Positions 44,956-58,558 of a stretch of 64,000 bases of DNA are shown in pieces. The notes under the pieces were generated by a model. It was not told the origin of the DNA, did no database searches, and saw nothing but the letters and a program-made list of their open reading frames with translations. The translations under genes and the position numbers were made by a program. How positions within the stretch are numbered: the stretch's first letter is position 1; every line of letters starts with the position of its first letter. The DNA is from the human T2T-CHM13v2.0 reference genome, Homo sapiens. The DNA lies in the NCBI RefSeq assembly GCF_009914755.1, contig NC_060925.1; one strand, written 5' to 3'.

Positions 44956-44962
44956 TTATTTA

Positions 44963-45123
44963 TATTTTATAAATAACTTTATAAAATAACAGTATTTTAT
45001 AAATAACTTTATAAAATAACAGTATTTTATAAATAACTTTATAAAATAACAGTATTTTATAAATAACTTTATAAAATAACAGTATTTTATAAATAACTTT
45101 ATAAAATAACAGTATTTTATAAA
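44963..45123. repeat. Perfect 30-bp minisatellite, 5.4 copies, self-complementary unit
   Basis: TATTTTATAAA-TAAC-TTTATAAAATA-ACAG. Confidence 0.97.
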
Positions 45124-45510
45124 TGCTTGAGTTACCAGAATCTTAACAGAACTCTCCAAAGACACACTGTGAACAGAACTTAGAGGCCATGAATAAACCA
45201 TTAAAAAAAAAACAGTTATTTAGGTTTGAATATAATACATGACAACGATGTCCTCTCTATGCCTTTGCTTTAATTTTCACCCATCCTATCCTGAAGTACC
45301 ATGGCATTGCCCAGAAAGCACTGCCTAGATCCAGGCCAGACTCATCTCAAGCTTCAGAGTCTTCTGATCCTGCTCTCTCAGTAGGTTTTCCTTTTCTTTC
45401 ACTCCTTTCTCAGTTGGGCTTTGATTTCCACAAAGCTCCTCTCTTGAGCCTCCAAGTTTTGCTGCTGTTCTTTACACCTTTGCTTGAGAAGCATTTTTTT
45501 CCTTTTCAGG

Positions 45511-45541
<31 letters not shown>

Positions 45542-46880
45542 GGCTCGCTTTGCTGATCCGTGAAGGTTTTTGAGAGGGAAGAAAAAGAACAGTCAGACGT
45601 GAGTGCCATACATCCCTTCTCAGATATCAAACTGCTGTTGAAAAGGCAGATGGGAAATATTTGAATTCATCCAGTGGCCATACAATAAGAGCAAACTTCA
45701 GAATGTGATGGGCAAGACACAGCTGTCTGGCTGACGCTCTACCACAACTCTGTTGTTATTTTCACATTTAGGAAGCTCCTTGTTTCAGAAAATCCTCCCA
45801 TCAGATCTCTCAAACAGCCCTGCAGGAAACTACCCACCCTGATGGAAGCTGAGACCTGCCCCTGTACCTTGCAAGGCCTTGGATTTCCACAGGTTGGATT
45901 CTATCCACATCTGCTACAACCACAGCAAGCGCTGGAGAGCTCAATTATTTTGAGGAACCAAGAAAAGGCCAAGACACATCACGCAGGTCAAACTTAAACT
46001 TCCAATGAAATACTCTGAGGAGAAATTCTGTTCCAATTAATGTTTCCTTATTCTTTGCCTGCCCACACAAGTTTTCAAGATCTTGCTTGTATTGCTCCCC
46101 CTCCAACCTCCCCTGCCAATGTTGCTTCTCCCCATCAATGCTAGGTTCCACCACTTAGAAAAATGCGTACCTTTATAAATGCATAACTTCTGGTGCTTTC
46201 ATATTTTCACATGTTTTTTTCTGCCTATGGGTCTTCTCTTTAGAAGTTAAAGAGGCAGAAAAACATCTGCAGCTAGATTAGCTGTCAGTTCCCTGCATTT
46301 CTGAGTGTGCATATCTGCTAAATCTAGGTCAGGATCTCCGTATGGTGGTAGGGTTCCCGTTTTTAGGAAACATACTACCACACAAAGATAACCTTAAAAT
46401 AACCAATTGCTGCTTATATTTAACCCTAGTTACAATATCTACATGGTAAACCTGGGAATCCCATTTAATATGGCTCCATGAGATAATCTGGAATAATTCA
46501 AAGTAGCAGCACAAACCCTGGGAAAGAAAAAGCATCTAAACTTGGAGAGCATGAACACATTCTTCAAAATTTACATCACACTCCTCTTTCAGGAAGTTTT
46601 CCTAGCCTGCCTTCCCTTCAAGAATTGAATGTGCACTTTAAATAGGTAAAATATATAGTGTGTAAATTAGATTTCAACCAAGTCATTAAAATAAAGCAAA
46701 ATCTAACAAAAATAAATTCGAATCACTCCCAACTTGGAAAAGTGCTCTCTATAAGACTATTGATATGTTTCTTACTTCCTTGGGCCTCCCTGTGTAATGT
46801 TGATTTTACAGCACATAATCTCTATGGTATCTTGCTGCTGGAACATCCTGGGAATCCACCTACAGGATAAATAACAGTGG

Positions 46881-47216
46881 TGTTATGGTCCGAAGGTTAG
46901 TGTCCCCTAAAATTTATATGTTAGGACCAAATATTCAATGTGATAGTATTAAGAGGCAGGGCTTTTAGAAAGTGATTTGAATGGGATTAATGCACTTATA
47001 AAAGAGGTTGAAAGGAGTGACCCTTCTCCTTCCATCATGTGCAGATACAGCAACAAGGCACCATCTTTGAAGCCAAGAGCAGCTCTCACCAGCCACCAAA
47101 TCTGCCAGCACTCTGTCTTGGATGGCCCAGCCTCTAGAACTGTAAGAAACAAATTTCTGTTTACAATTTACCTGGTCTAAGGTATTTTGTTATAGCAGCC
47201 AGAATGGACTAAGACA
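46881..47216 (+). mobile_element. MLT1A MaLR LTR
   Basis: TGTTATGGTC start, GGACTAAGACA end, TSD AGTG(G/A). Confidence 0.85.
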
Positions 47217-47257
47217 AGTGATATAACTAAAAGCAAAATAAATATAAAGAAAGACTA

Positions 47258-47670
<413 letters not shown>

Positions 47671-47755
47671 TCAAGTATTCACTAAAGGAGGATATAAGAA
47701 GGTCAGTCCTGAATTTGCTTCAGAAGTCAGACAGATTTCCAGATAAAAATTATCT

Positions 47756-47846
47756 GGAATTTATAGAGAACTGTGTTACTCTATTTTATCTCCAAGTTTG
47801 GAGGAGAAAGAGATAAAATAGAGTAATACAGTTCTCTATAAATTCC
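47756..47846. repeat. Inverted repeat, 37-bp arms, 17-nt loop
   Basis: 47756-47792 pairs with 47810-47846, one mismatch. Confidence 0.93.
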
Positions 47847-48786
47847 TTACTCAGAAGAATCTCCTATGAATGATAGGTAATCTTATTGCCTATAAAGTGG
47901 CCACTAGCTATTATTCTAAAATTAAGGTAACAGAGCCAACTACTAAGACAAAGTATCATGAAATGCTTGTCATACTAGAAGGATGCTATATGAAAGCTTT
48001 GAAATGAGCCAGGTAAGGCATCTGCAGGACTTGTCTGTGAGAACATCACTCTGTAGGGCCAGTGTGTTCTCACTCTGAGTCAGAGGTGTTTCTGCATTTT
48101 CCAAATAATGAAACCATTCCACTGTTGATGATATTCACATAAGTCACTACCAGAATCCCCAGCCCTGAAAGAGGCAGGAAATTTGGGACATCAATGGGAT
48201 TCAAATATTGGGACTACAGTTCTAAAATCACAAGCAAACTCTACACAGTGTGAATACCGTCATAAGTCCTATCTTTTCTTACTAAATTCACCTTTATCTT
48301 CCTATTCACTCTTGTGTGTTTCTCAGGTCACTGTATTTAAACAATTAATTATTTTTTTCTTTAGTTAATATGCTTGAGATATCCTGGAAAAACAATTTCC
48401 TGGTGAAGCATATTACAAACAAACTAGACTAGAGAGGTGAATACGTAGGCAGGGTAAATTAGATTATTTGTCCTGTTAAAATTCCACTTATGAATTATTC
48501 GAAATTTAGTTTGAATTAAGATATATCCATATCCATATTTCACATTCTTAGTGAAGAGGGCACTTATCATATCCAACATCTCTTCTTGGAAATTATGGTA
48601 GCCTTCATGTTATGTTTACATAATCTTGCTATAAAAATAGAGATATAGAGAACCATTTAAATATATTGAGAGTCAAGTATTTGCTTGTAGACCCATGGAA
48701 TAATTGTACTGTTAACACTCAACTGTATGAAATGAAACTTTTATTTTGAATGTAAATGGAGAGCTCCATATGTATAGAACACATAT

Positions 48787-49045
48787 GACCGGGCACAGTG
48801 GCTCACACCTGTAATCCCAGCACTTTAGGAGGCCGAGGCGAGTGGATTGCCTGAGCCCAGGAGTTCGAGACCAGCGTGGGCAACATGGCAAAACAAAGTC
48901 TCTACTAAAAATATAAAAATTAGCCAGGCTTGGTGGCGCATGCCTGTAATCCCAGCTACTCAGTAGGCTGAGGCAGGAGAATCACTTGAATCCGGGAGAC
49001 AGAGGCTGCAGTGAGCTGACAATAGAGTGGAAAAAAAAAAAAGAA
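48787..49045 (+). mobile_element. Alu with a deletion in the right arm
   Basis: Alu body ending GCAGTGAGCTGACAATAGAGTGG-poly(A). Confidence 0.88.
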
Positions 49046-49488
49046 AGGAAGAAAACCACATATATGGCAGAATATCACCATGGGTGAATTTTAATTTATT
49101 AATTTATTTTATTTCACTTTTAGTTGTATGACTTGTCTTAGTCTATTCTGACTGCTCCAACAAAATACCTTAGAGTGGATAAATTATAAACAATGAGTGT
49201 ACTTGCTCCACAGCACTGCAGGTGACTGTGCTCAGTACTAACTAGTTCTCCGTAGCTGCCAACTCACCCTTGCTCTGTTTCCTCCCTCTAAGGTTTTGCT
49301 TCTAATTTATAAACACTGAAAACAAACTAAGAATGTTAATCATTCCCAGAAAGGAAATGGAGTGAAAACTGAAGCTGAAAGTAAAATTAGCTCGTGGGGT
49401 TTTTAAATATTTAGAAAAGGCATGCTGAGTTAATATCTAGAACATGACAAAGTATAGATGCAATGAAGGTTACAAAATTCCAGTAACT

Positions 49489-49963
49489 ATTTACATTAGC
49501 AAAGACTTGGAACCAACCTAAATGCCCATCAATGATAGACTGGATAAAGAAAATGTGGCATATATACACCATGGAATACTATGCAGCCATAGAAAGAATG
49601 AGATCATGTCCTTTGCAGGGATGTGGATGAAGCTGGAGACCATCATTCTCAGCAAACTAAAACAGGAACAGAAAACCAAACATCACATGTTCTCACTCAT
49701 AAGTGGGAGTTGAACAGTGAGAATACACGGACACAGGGAGGGGAAAAACACACACTGGCACCTGGCACCTATCAGGGGGTGGGGGACAAGAGGAGGGAGA
49801 GCATTAGGACAAATACCTAATGCATGCAGGGCTTAAAACCTACATGACAGGTTGACAGGTGCAGCAAACCACCATGGCACATGTATACCTATGTAACAAA
49901 CTTGCATATTCTGCACATGTATCCTGGAACTTAAAGTAAAAATATATACATACAAGTATATAG
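49489..49963 (+). mobile_element. L1PA 3' end, 5'-truncated
   Basis: ORF2 C-terminus and 3' UTR; TSD AAAATTCCAGTAACT at 49474-49488 and 49964-49978. Confidence 0.92.
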
Positions 49964-51285
49964 AAAATTCCAGTAACTGCAGTTACAACTTAGTACATGT
50001 TGCCTGACTAGCTTTCTTGTTATTACCCCATCTTGCCATTAGCAGATGAGTACGGTGTATTTTAGTGGGAATTTTGCTGTGTTTATATTTTTAGACTTCA
50101 TATAGATTCCTGAAGGTGTAGATTAATGTTTTTAATCAAATTCTGGGAGTTATGGTCATTTAATTATTTTTATGTGTTATTGAACTTCTCAATGCCAGAG
50201 TTTCTGTTTTTTATAACTTCTATCTCCTTATTGAAATTATTATATCATGAGTCAATGTCATCATATTTTGCTTTGATTCTTTGAACAATGTATTAACGTT
50301 AATTACTTGGTATCTTTGTTCTTTAGTTTCTTTGATGTCTTGCCTAGACTAAGTCTGTACAGTCTGAGGTCCTCCTATGTGCAGCAGCTGGTGGCTCTGT
50401 TCAGTTATACTTTTTTTGAGATTTTTAAGATTTTATTTATAGTAGACACACAATAATTGCAGATGTTTTGAAGATACAGTGTGATGTTTCAATGCATGTA
50501 TGCATTATATAATGATAAAATCAGGGTAGTTATGTCAATCACCTCAAACCTTTATCATTTCTTTGTGATGATAACTTTCAAAGATCCTTTATTCTAGCTA
50601 TCTTGAAATATACAACACATTGTTATTAGCTACAGTCACCCTACTGTGTAATCGAACATGTAAGTTATTCTTCCTAACTGTAACTTTATACCCATTGACC
50701 AACTTCTTGCCATCCTCCGCACCTCTCCCCACTTTCCCATGCTCTGGTAACCACTACTCTCTACTTTTATGAGATCAACTCTCTTAGATTCCACATATGA
50801 GTGAAATCATGCAGTATTTGCCTCTCTGGGCCTGGCTTATTTCACTCAACACAACATCCGCCAGTTTGATCCATGTTGCCACAAATAAAGGATTTCATTC
50901 TTTTTTTAAGGCTGACTAGTGTTCCATTGTGTATATGTACCACATTTTCTTTATCCATTTATCCATCCATAGACACTTAGGTTAATTCTGTATCTTCGTT
51001 ATTGTGAATAGTGCTGCATTAAACATTAAAGAGCAGATATCTCTACAATATGCTGATTTTAATTCTTTTGGATATATATACACAATAGTGGAATTTTGGA
51101 CTCTATGACACTCTATTTTTAATTTTCTGTAGAACTTCCATACTGTTTTCTATCATGTCTATGCTAAATTTCCTTCCCACTAACTGTGTGAATAGTGTGT
51201 AAGAGTTCTCCATTCTCTGCATCCTTGCCAGTATTTTTTTGTTGTTGTCATTTCGATAATAGCCATTCTAACTGGGGTGAGGTAG

Positions 51286-52736
51286 AGTGTGTGGAATTGG
51301 TGGGTTCTTGGTCTTGCCGACTTCAAGAACAAAGCTGCGGACCCTCGCGGTGAGTGTTACCGTTCTTAAAGACGGTGTGTCCAGAGTTTGTTCCTTCAGA
51401 TGTTCACATGTGTCTGGAGTTTCTTCCTTCTGGTAGGTTCGTGGTCTTACTGGCTCAGGAGTGAAACTGCAGACCTTCGTGGTGAGTGTTACAGCTCATA
51501 AAGGTGGTGCAGACCCAAAGAGTAAGCAGCAGCAAGATTTATTAGGAAGAGCGGAAGAACAAAGCTTCCACCACGTGGAAGGGGACTCCAGCAGGTTGCC
51601 AGTGCTGGTTCGGGCTGCCTGCTTTTATTCCCTTATCTGAACCCACCCACATCTTGCTGATTGGTCCATTTTGCAGAGAGCAGATTGGCCCATTTTACAG
51701 AGAGCCAATGGGCCCATTTTACAGAGAGCTGATTGGTCCGTTTTGATAGGGTGCTGATTGGTGCATTTACAAACCTTGAGCTAGACACAGGGTGCTGATT
51801 GGTGCATTTACAATCCTTTAGCTAGACATAAAAGTTCTCCAAGTCTCCTCTAGATTAGGTAGACACAGAGCACTGATTGGTGTGTTTACAAACTTTGAGC
51901 TAGATACAGGGCACTGATTGGTGCATTTACAAACCTTGAGCTAGACACAGAGTGCTGATTGGTGCATTTACAATCATCTAGCTAGACATAAAAGTTCTCC
52001 AAGTCCTCACCAGATTAGCTAGATACAGAGTGCTGATTGGTGCATCCACAAACCCGGAGCTAGACACAGAGTGCTGATTGGTGCATATACAATCTTCCAG
52101 CTAGACATAAAAGTTCTCCAAGTCCCCACTAGACTCAGGAGTCCAGCTGGCTTTGCCTAGTGGACCCTGCGCCAGGGCTGCAGGCTGAGCTGCCCACCAG
52201 TCCCACGCCCAGTGCCTGCACTCCTCAGCCCTTGGGTGGTCGATGGGACCTGGTGCTATGGAGCAGGGGGTGGTGCCCCTAGGGGAGGCTTGGGCCTCCT
52301 GGTAGCCCACCAGGGAGGGGGGGCTTGGGCATGGCAGGCTGCAGGTCTCGAGCCCTGCCCCGCAGAGAGGTGGCAGAGGCCCAGCAAGAATTTGAGCGTG
52401 GCACGGGCAGGCCGGCAGTGCTGGGGGACCCAGCACACCCTCCACAGCTGCTGGCCCGGGTGCTAAGCCACTCACTGCAGAGGCTGGCGGCACCAGCTGG
52501 CGGCTCCGAGTGCAGGGCCAGCTGAGCCTGTCCCCACCCAGAACTCACACTGGTCCCCGAGCACCGGGCGCACAGCCCTGGTTCCCACCCGTGCCTCTCC
52601 CCCCACACCTCCCCGCAAGCAGAGGGAGCCGGCTCAAGCCTCTGCCAACCCAGAGAGGGGCTCCCACTGTGCAGCAGTGGGCTGAAGTGGACGCCGAGGC
52701 CGAGGAGGCACCGAGAGCTAGCGAGGGCTGCTAGCT
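51286..52736 (-). mobile_element. Second LTR12 (ERV9) solo LTR, extreme 5' end missing
   Basis: Same architecture as 21811-23248, with CCAAT repeats and intact AATAAAA at 51623-51629. Confidence 0.92.
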
Positions 52737-52910
52737 TGTGTCTAAATGTAGTTTTTATTTGCATTTCCCTTATGATTAGCCAAGTTGAATATTTTGTTCT
52801 ATACCTGCTGGCCATTTGTGTGTTTTCTTTTGAGAAGTGTCTAATTGGATATTTTTCCTTTTTTAAATCAGATATTTTTGTTTTATTGAGTTGTTTGAGT
52901 TTTGTATATA

Positions 52911-53451
52911 ACTGGGTGAACTCCAACTGCTTGCTGCAGAGGCTGAAAACATGAGAAAGAAGGCATGGTGAAAGGAAAGCGACTTTATTGATCCAGTGCT
53001 AGCAGGTGGGAGATGGTCAGGCTTCAGCCTCAAAGAAGTCGTCTCTGCCTTTTGGGCTGAGTGAAGGAGTTTAAGAAGGAAAAGTTGTGGGAAATAGATG
53101 GCAATGGTGCAGGAAGATGCAGATCTGCACGTCTTGTTCCAATGGATATCTTGAGTGATTGTTTGTCTCGATGTCTGGTTTGCATTATCCTGACTTCTGC
53201 CCAGTAGGCGTGGGCTAACTGTTCCTAACTCCCCCTTAGTGGGAGGATTCCAGCATTGGGTCTCTCTACCTGGTTGATTTCAAAATTGGCTCCTGGAATA
53301 TCTAAGCAAGCATATAATTAGATAAATGAGCACTGTTCATGGAAGTGGCTGGTGAGAAAGGGAGAGACAGAGTTTCAAAGTATGTTTCAAGGCTGGAAGC
53401 AAGCAAGAAAGAATAATTTAAATGCATTTGAGGCTGGGAATACCTGCTTAT
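52911..53451 (-). mobile_element. ERV1-type solo LTR inserted in the L1 (family not assigned)
   Basis: About 540-bp non-L1 block splitting contiguous L1 sequence, minus-strand AATAAA near 52985. Confidence 0.55.
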
Positions 53452-56400
53452 GCTTGTATATTTTGGATAGTAACATTTTGTTGAGTGCATAGTTTGCTAA
53501 TGTTTTTTCCCATTCTGTAGGTTGCCTCTTTGCCCTGTTAACTGTTGCCTTTGCTGCGCAGAAGTTTTTTCATTTGATGTAATCCCATTTGTTTATTTTT
53601 GCTTTTGTTGCACATGCTTTTGAGGTCCTATCCAAAAATTCCTTGCCCAGACCGTGTCATGAAGTATTTCCCCTATGTCTTCTCCTAGTAGTTTTATAGT
53701 TTTGAGTCTTATATTTAAGTCTTTAATATATTTTGAGTTGATTTTTGTATATGGTGAAATACAGGGGTCTAGTTCCATTGTGCATATGGACATTCAGTTC
53801 CCCAGAACCATTTATTGAAGAAACTGTCTTTTTCCCCAATATGTTTTATTGGAATTGCTGTCAAAAATAAGTTAACTGTAAATGTGTGAATTTATTATTG
53901 GATTTTCAATTGTGTAGTCTGTGTTTCTGTTTTATACTAGTACCAAGGTGCTTTGGCTACTAGGGCTTTGAATAAATAGTATATACTGAACTCTGGTAGT
54001 GTGATGCCTCCAGCTTTGTTCTTGCTCAAGATTACTTTGACTATTCATGTTATTTTGTGGTTCCATATACATTTTTGAATTTTGTTTTCTATTTCTGTGA
54101 AGAATATCATTGGTATTTTGATAAGAATTGCATTGAATCTGTAGAGCCCTTAGGGTAGTGTGATATTATCTCACACACACACACACGAATATGTATATAT
54201 TTGTTTTCGTCTATGGTTCCTAGGTCATAACTCCAATACCCCTTGTTCTTTCTCCACAAAGCAGGTCATAGTCATAGAAATGAAAAATATATGTGCCCCC
54301 ATCTTTCTGTCTTGGCTGTGACCATATGGAAATTCTGTGATCTACCTTATCTGATTGTAGGTCATAAGACTTCTATTTCAGAAAGGATTCTGCCCCATAC
54401 CCTGGAGGGAACAATGCCACACAGAGAGGCCAAGAAGAATGTGGGATAGGTTTTGAAGTTGCTGCATCTGAACTACATTCAATTGAGTCATACAGGCCTT
54501 TGCAGATGAGAAAACTTTGGAGATGGTCTTTTTGGTCTTATTTAGCATTTCCTAACACTGGCAGCACTTTAGAGTCACCAGGAAAGAGGAGAGCTTTCTT
54601 ACAAAATAAAGATGTGTGGGCCACCCTTCAACCCAATTAAATCTGATAGCGAAGAAAGAGGGAATCATCAATACTTCTTAAAATCTTGGGAGGTGACTTT
54701 AATATGCAGCCAGATTGAGACCCAGTAATAGGTCTCTCCTAATGCATGTTACAGTGAGACAAGTTGAGGTCATGGATAAAAATGCCCCCCTCTCCCTTAA
54801 AAATCAAACCAAAACAAAACAAAAAACGGAGAAGAAATGAATCTCTTCATGCAGGGTTCTTTCCTTTCCACTTGCTGCTGTCCCAAGTGAGGTGATGGGG
54901 TAGGAGGCTGTCACCTTGCAGCTCCCTCTGGTCTACATGGAGAAGTTGAGCTTCTCCAGAACTAACTGACCCCTGCAGGCCAGGTCATCAAGCAATCCTC
55001 CCTCTTATATCCCCAATTCTTGACTGCTGTTTTAAATCAGAAACTGAGAAGTCTAGTTCAAGACAAAGTTGCACGTAGAAGAAAGTTGCTGAGTGAGCAG
55101 TTTTGCTCCATGGATTCGCAGGTCAGTGACTTCAAGCTCTCAATTGCCTCTCTCCTGCCTCCTTTCCTCCTACATCTCTGTCTCTGCTTTATGGAAGCTG
55201 GAAAACACTGGGGATAATTATCATTACCACAAAGAAAATGGGACAGAAAAATAAAACCCTAAAGTAAAAGCAATTAATGGTATATATTTTTTTAATTTAG
55301 GAAAAGCATGTCTGAACCAGGTGGCCAGATGGGATCAGGGGTTTGCAGTGCAGGAATGAGGGAAGGTTAAGAGAATTCACAGATTCAACACTTACCTACC
55401 AGCTTTCCTCTACACCACCCACCACGCACACCCCTCCCCAGGAACTGCTTTTTAACTAGCAACTATTTCTCTGCTGCAGAAGGCATAGTCTTACTCCAAA
55501 ACCCAGGAGACTATGCCAATATTCTTGTTAAGGTTTGGTAGACTCTTCTAGATGCATCAGATATTTTGGGTCATATGGCATAGGCAGAAAGGCAGCTGTC
55601 ACTGCAGCTAGATCTGCTTAGAGTGCCCACTCACTCTGGGTCCCACTCAAATAGGAAGCTTTCCAAGGCAACAAATAAAGGGGTTGTAGCAACATTTCCC
55701 AAATATATTATCAGCAGATTCCAGCATAAAAGGCTCAGTATGCACTGGTAGAATGGATTCTGTGCAACAATTTGTGCATTATTTTGGAGGATATGTCCTG
55801 ACATGCCCTAGAGTATTGGCCTCTGAATCGGAAGTTCTATAGAACATTCAGATGATCAAAGTTCCTGTGTTCTTCACTGTGTCAGTGTAAGATACAATAA
55901 AATTCTTCTTCAAAGGTTTAGACTGTTCCCAATCAGCACTGTGATTGTGACTTGTGAGAGCCCACAAAGCAGAGGACCCAGCTAAAACCACACCCAGATT
56001 CCTGGCCTACAGAAACTATGAATTAATAAATGTTGTTTCAAGCCGCAAAATTTTAGGGAAATTTGATAAGCAGTAATAGATAACTACTACAGAAACTTTT
56101 ATCTGACTTTTAACACCATAGATTACTACTGTGTGTTTTGTGCCTTAGTATAAATCAAATTATACAGGATGTTTCGTGTTGGCTTCTTTTATTCAACATT
56201 ATGATTGCAATTCATTTAAGTTGCTGGTCTCAGTGATACTTTATTTGTGCTTACTGCTGTGTAACACTTCATTTTATGAATATACTATAAATGTGTTATT
56301 CATTCTACTATTGAGAAGAATTTGTGATGTTTTTGGCACTCAGCACATAGGTATGCATATTAGCCGGGCATAAAGGTAGAAGTGAAATTAGTTAACTCCA

Positions 56401-57411
56401 CTGTATACATTTATTCATTTAATAGTAGATACTATGCAACAGTTTTCAAATATAAATGTCTCAATTTATATTCTCAGCACAAATGCATAAACATTTTAAA
56501 TGTTTCATATTCTTACCATGCAAAAATCCCAGACTGTATATTTGTAATCATTCTGATGAGTATGTATTTTTAATTTCACATGTAATTTGATTTTCTTTGA
56601 AAATAGTAATAAACAGGGAAATTGGGCATCTTTTCATATCTTTTGCTTATTTGAATATTCTTTTTCACTTGCCTATTCAAGATTCTTGAATATTTTCCTA
56701 ATGGCTTGTCTGTCTCTTTTTTTCATGACTTGATGACTGCCAAATATATTCTGAGGTTGAGTTTGTGTGTAGTTCTATGCATGTCTATGTATATACTGGT
56801 AACTTTAGTTTGCCTTTTCATTATTTCATGGTGTGTTTGGAGGAACAAGAATTCTTCATTTTAAGTAGTGAAATTTTTCCATGTGTTGTTTACACTTAGT
56901 GCTTTTGTGTCCTGTTTCCAAACTTGAAAAAGATGAAAATCATCTCTGACATTTTAAAAAATGTTTATTGTTTTGTCTTTTACATTTGAATCTACAATCC
57001 ATGTGGAATTGACTTTTGTGGATGACAGGATGCAAGAAACAAGTTTTTGTTTTTTCTTATGCCTATAACATTGGCCTAGTGCCATTTATTGAAAAGACTA
57101 TTGTTTCCCTATAGTTACCATGAATCAACTCCCCATACATATGTCAGTCTCTTTCTGAGCCCTCTAGTTTATTGCATCTATATATTACTTCATGCATGCA
57201 CCAATACCATGCTATCTCAATTACACTAGCTTTATAATAAGTTTTGACATCTGTTTTTTCATTTGGTTTTCTTCTTCAGAATTGCCTTGGTTGTTCTCAG
57301 TTTTTTGCTTTTCCGTATAAATTTTAGAATAAGTTAGCCATTTCCTAAAATTATTAATATACCCAACTTGGCTTTTGCTTGGAATTACCTCAAATCTATA
57401 GATAAACGGTG

Positions 57412-57831
57412 ATGTAATTTGGTTATATGTCCTGTTCAAATCTCATGTTGAAATCTGATCTCTAATGTTGGAGGTGAAGCCTAATGCGATGTGTTTGGGT
57501 CATGAGATCGAATCCTTCATGAATAGTTTCATGTGTCCTCATTGTAATGAGTGAGTTCTCACTCTATTAGTTCCCATGATAACTGACTGAAAAACAGCCT
57601 AGCACCTTCTCCTCTCTTTCTTCCTTCCTCACTCACCATGTACTCTGCACACACTGGCTCCCTTTACCTTCCACCACTAGTGGAAGCACCCTGATGCTCT
57701 TGCCACAAGCAGATACTGGCACCATGCTTCCTGTACAGCCCTCAAAACAGTGACCTGAATAAGCCTCTTTTTTTTTATAAATTACTCAGCATCAGGTATA
57801 CTTTTATAGCAAAAAAAGAGGGGCTAAGATA
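57412..57831 (+). mobile_element. MSTB-like MaLR LTR inside old L1M sequence (about 56090-59000)
   Basis: TGTAATTTGG...AAATCTCATGTTGAAA...TTTATAGCAA...GGCTAAGATA. Confidence 0.75.
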
Positions 57832-58322
57832 AATGGCATTTTAAAAATAAAAAAAGTTCCTTCATTTATTAGATTTTTAAAAATCTCTCAGCAATACTCT
57901 AGTTTTCAAGGTATAGTCCTTATGTGTGTTTATTTATTCCTAGATATATTTTAAGTAAACTCCCTTGAGCACAAATATGCATACAGAAAAGTACACACCT
58001 CACAAATTTATAGCTCAATAATTTTTCACAAACTGAACACATCCACATTGCCAGCATTCAAATTTAAAAAAAAATCATGGGACTCCAAAAGTATTCCTCA
58101 TATTCCAATTCAGGCATTACCAATTCCTTTCTCTCCCAATCAAGGACAACAACTATTCTGCTTTAGTACTTCGTTTAAATAAAACAATAAGCAATGCAAT
58201 TTTTAGCTTTCAGTAAATTGTTTTCAATATTATGCTTGTTAGATTGGTCTATATTTTTGTGTGTAGCTATAAATCATTAGTTTTCATTTATATTAAATTG
58301 TATAAAATATTCCATTCCGTAA

Positions 58323-58558
58323 ATGAAAATGTGTGCAACCAAAAGATATGTGCAAGAATTTTCATAACAGTTTTTCTCATAATAGCCAAAGACTAGACAT
58401 TACCCAATTGGAATTACCATAAATGGAATATTTTCTCTATAATTTATTTATCCAGGCAAGTGTTGGTGGACATTTGGGTAATGTCTAGTTTTTGGCTATT
58501 ATGAGAAAAACTGTTAGGAAAATTCTTGCACATACCTTTTGGTTGCACACATTTTCAT
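58323..58558. repeat. Inverted repeat, 85-bp arms, 66-nt spacer
   Basis: 58323-58407 is the reverse complement of 58474-58558 with 3 mismatches. Confidence 0.93.

Larger units (their letters stand above)
50410..54160 (-). mobile_element. L1MA-type LINE interrupted by two LTRs
   Basis: Antisense L1 3' UTR/ORF2 remnants (SPYTKINSKYIKDLNIR) in three segments. Confidence 0.8.

Noticed and set aside
44956-45201. ORF with repeated FIKYCYFIKL
   Set aside because: Translation of the 30-bp minisatellite; the repeats are contiguous without spacers, so it is also not CRISPR-like
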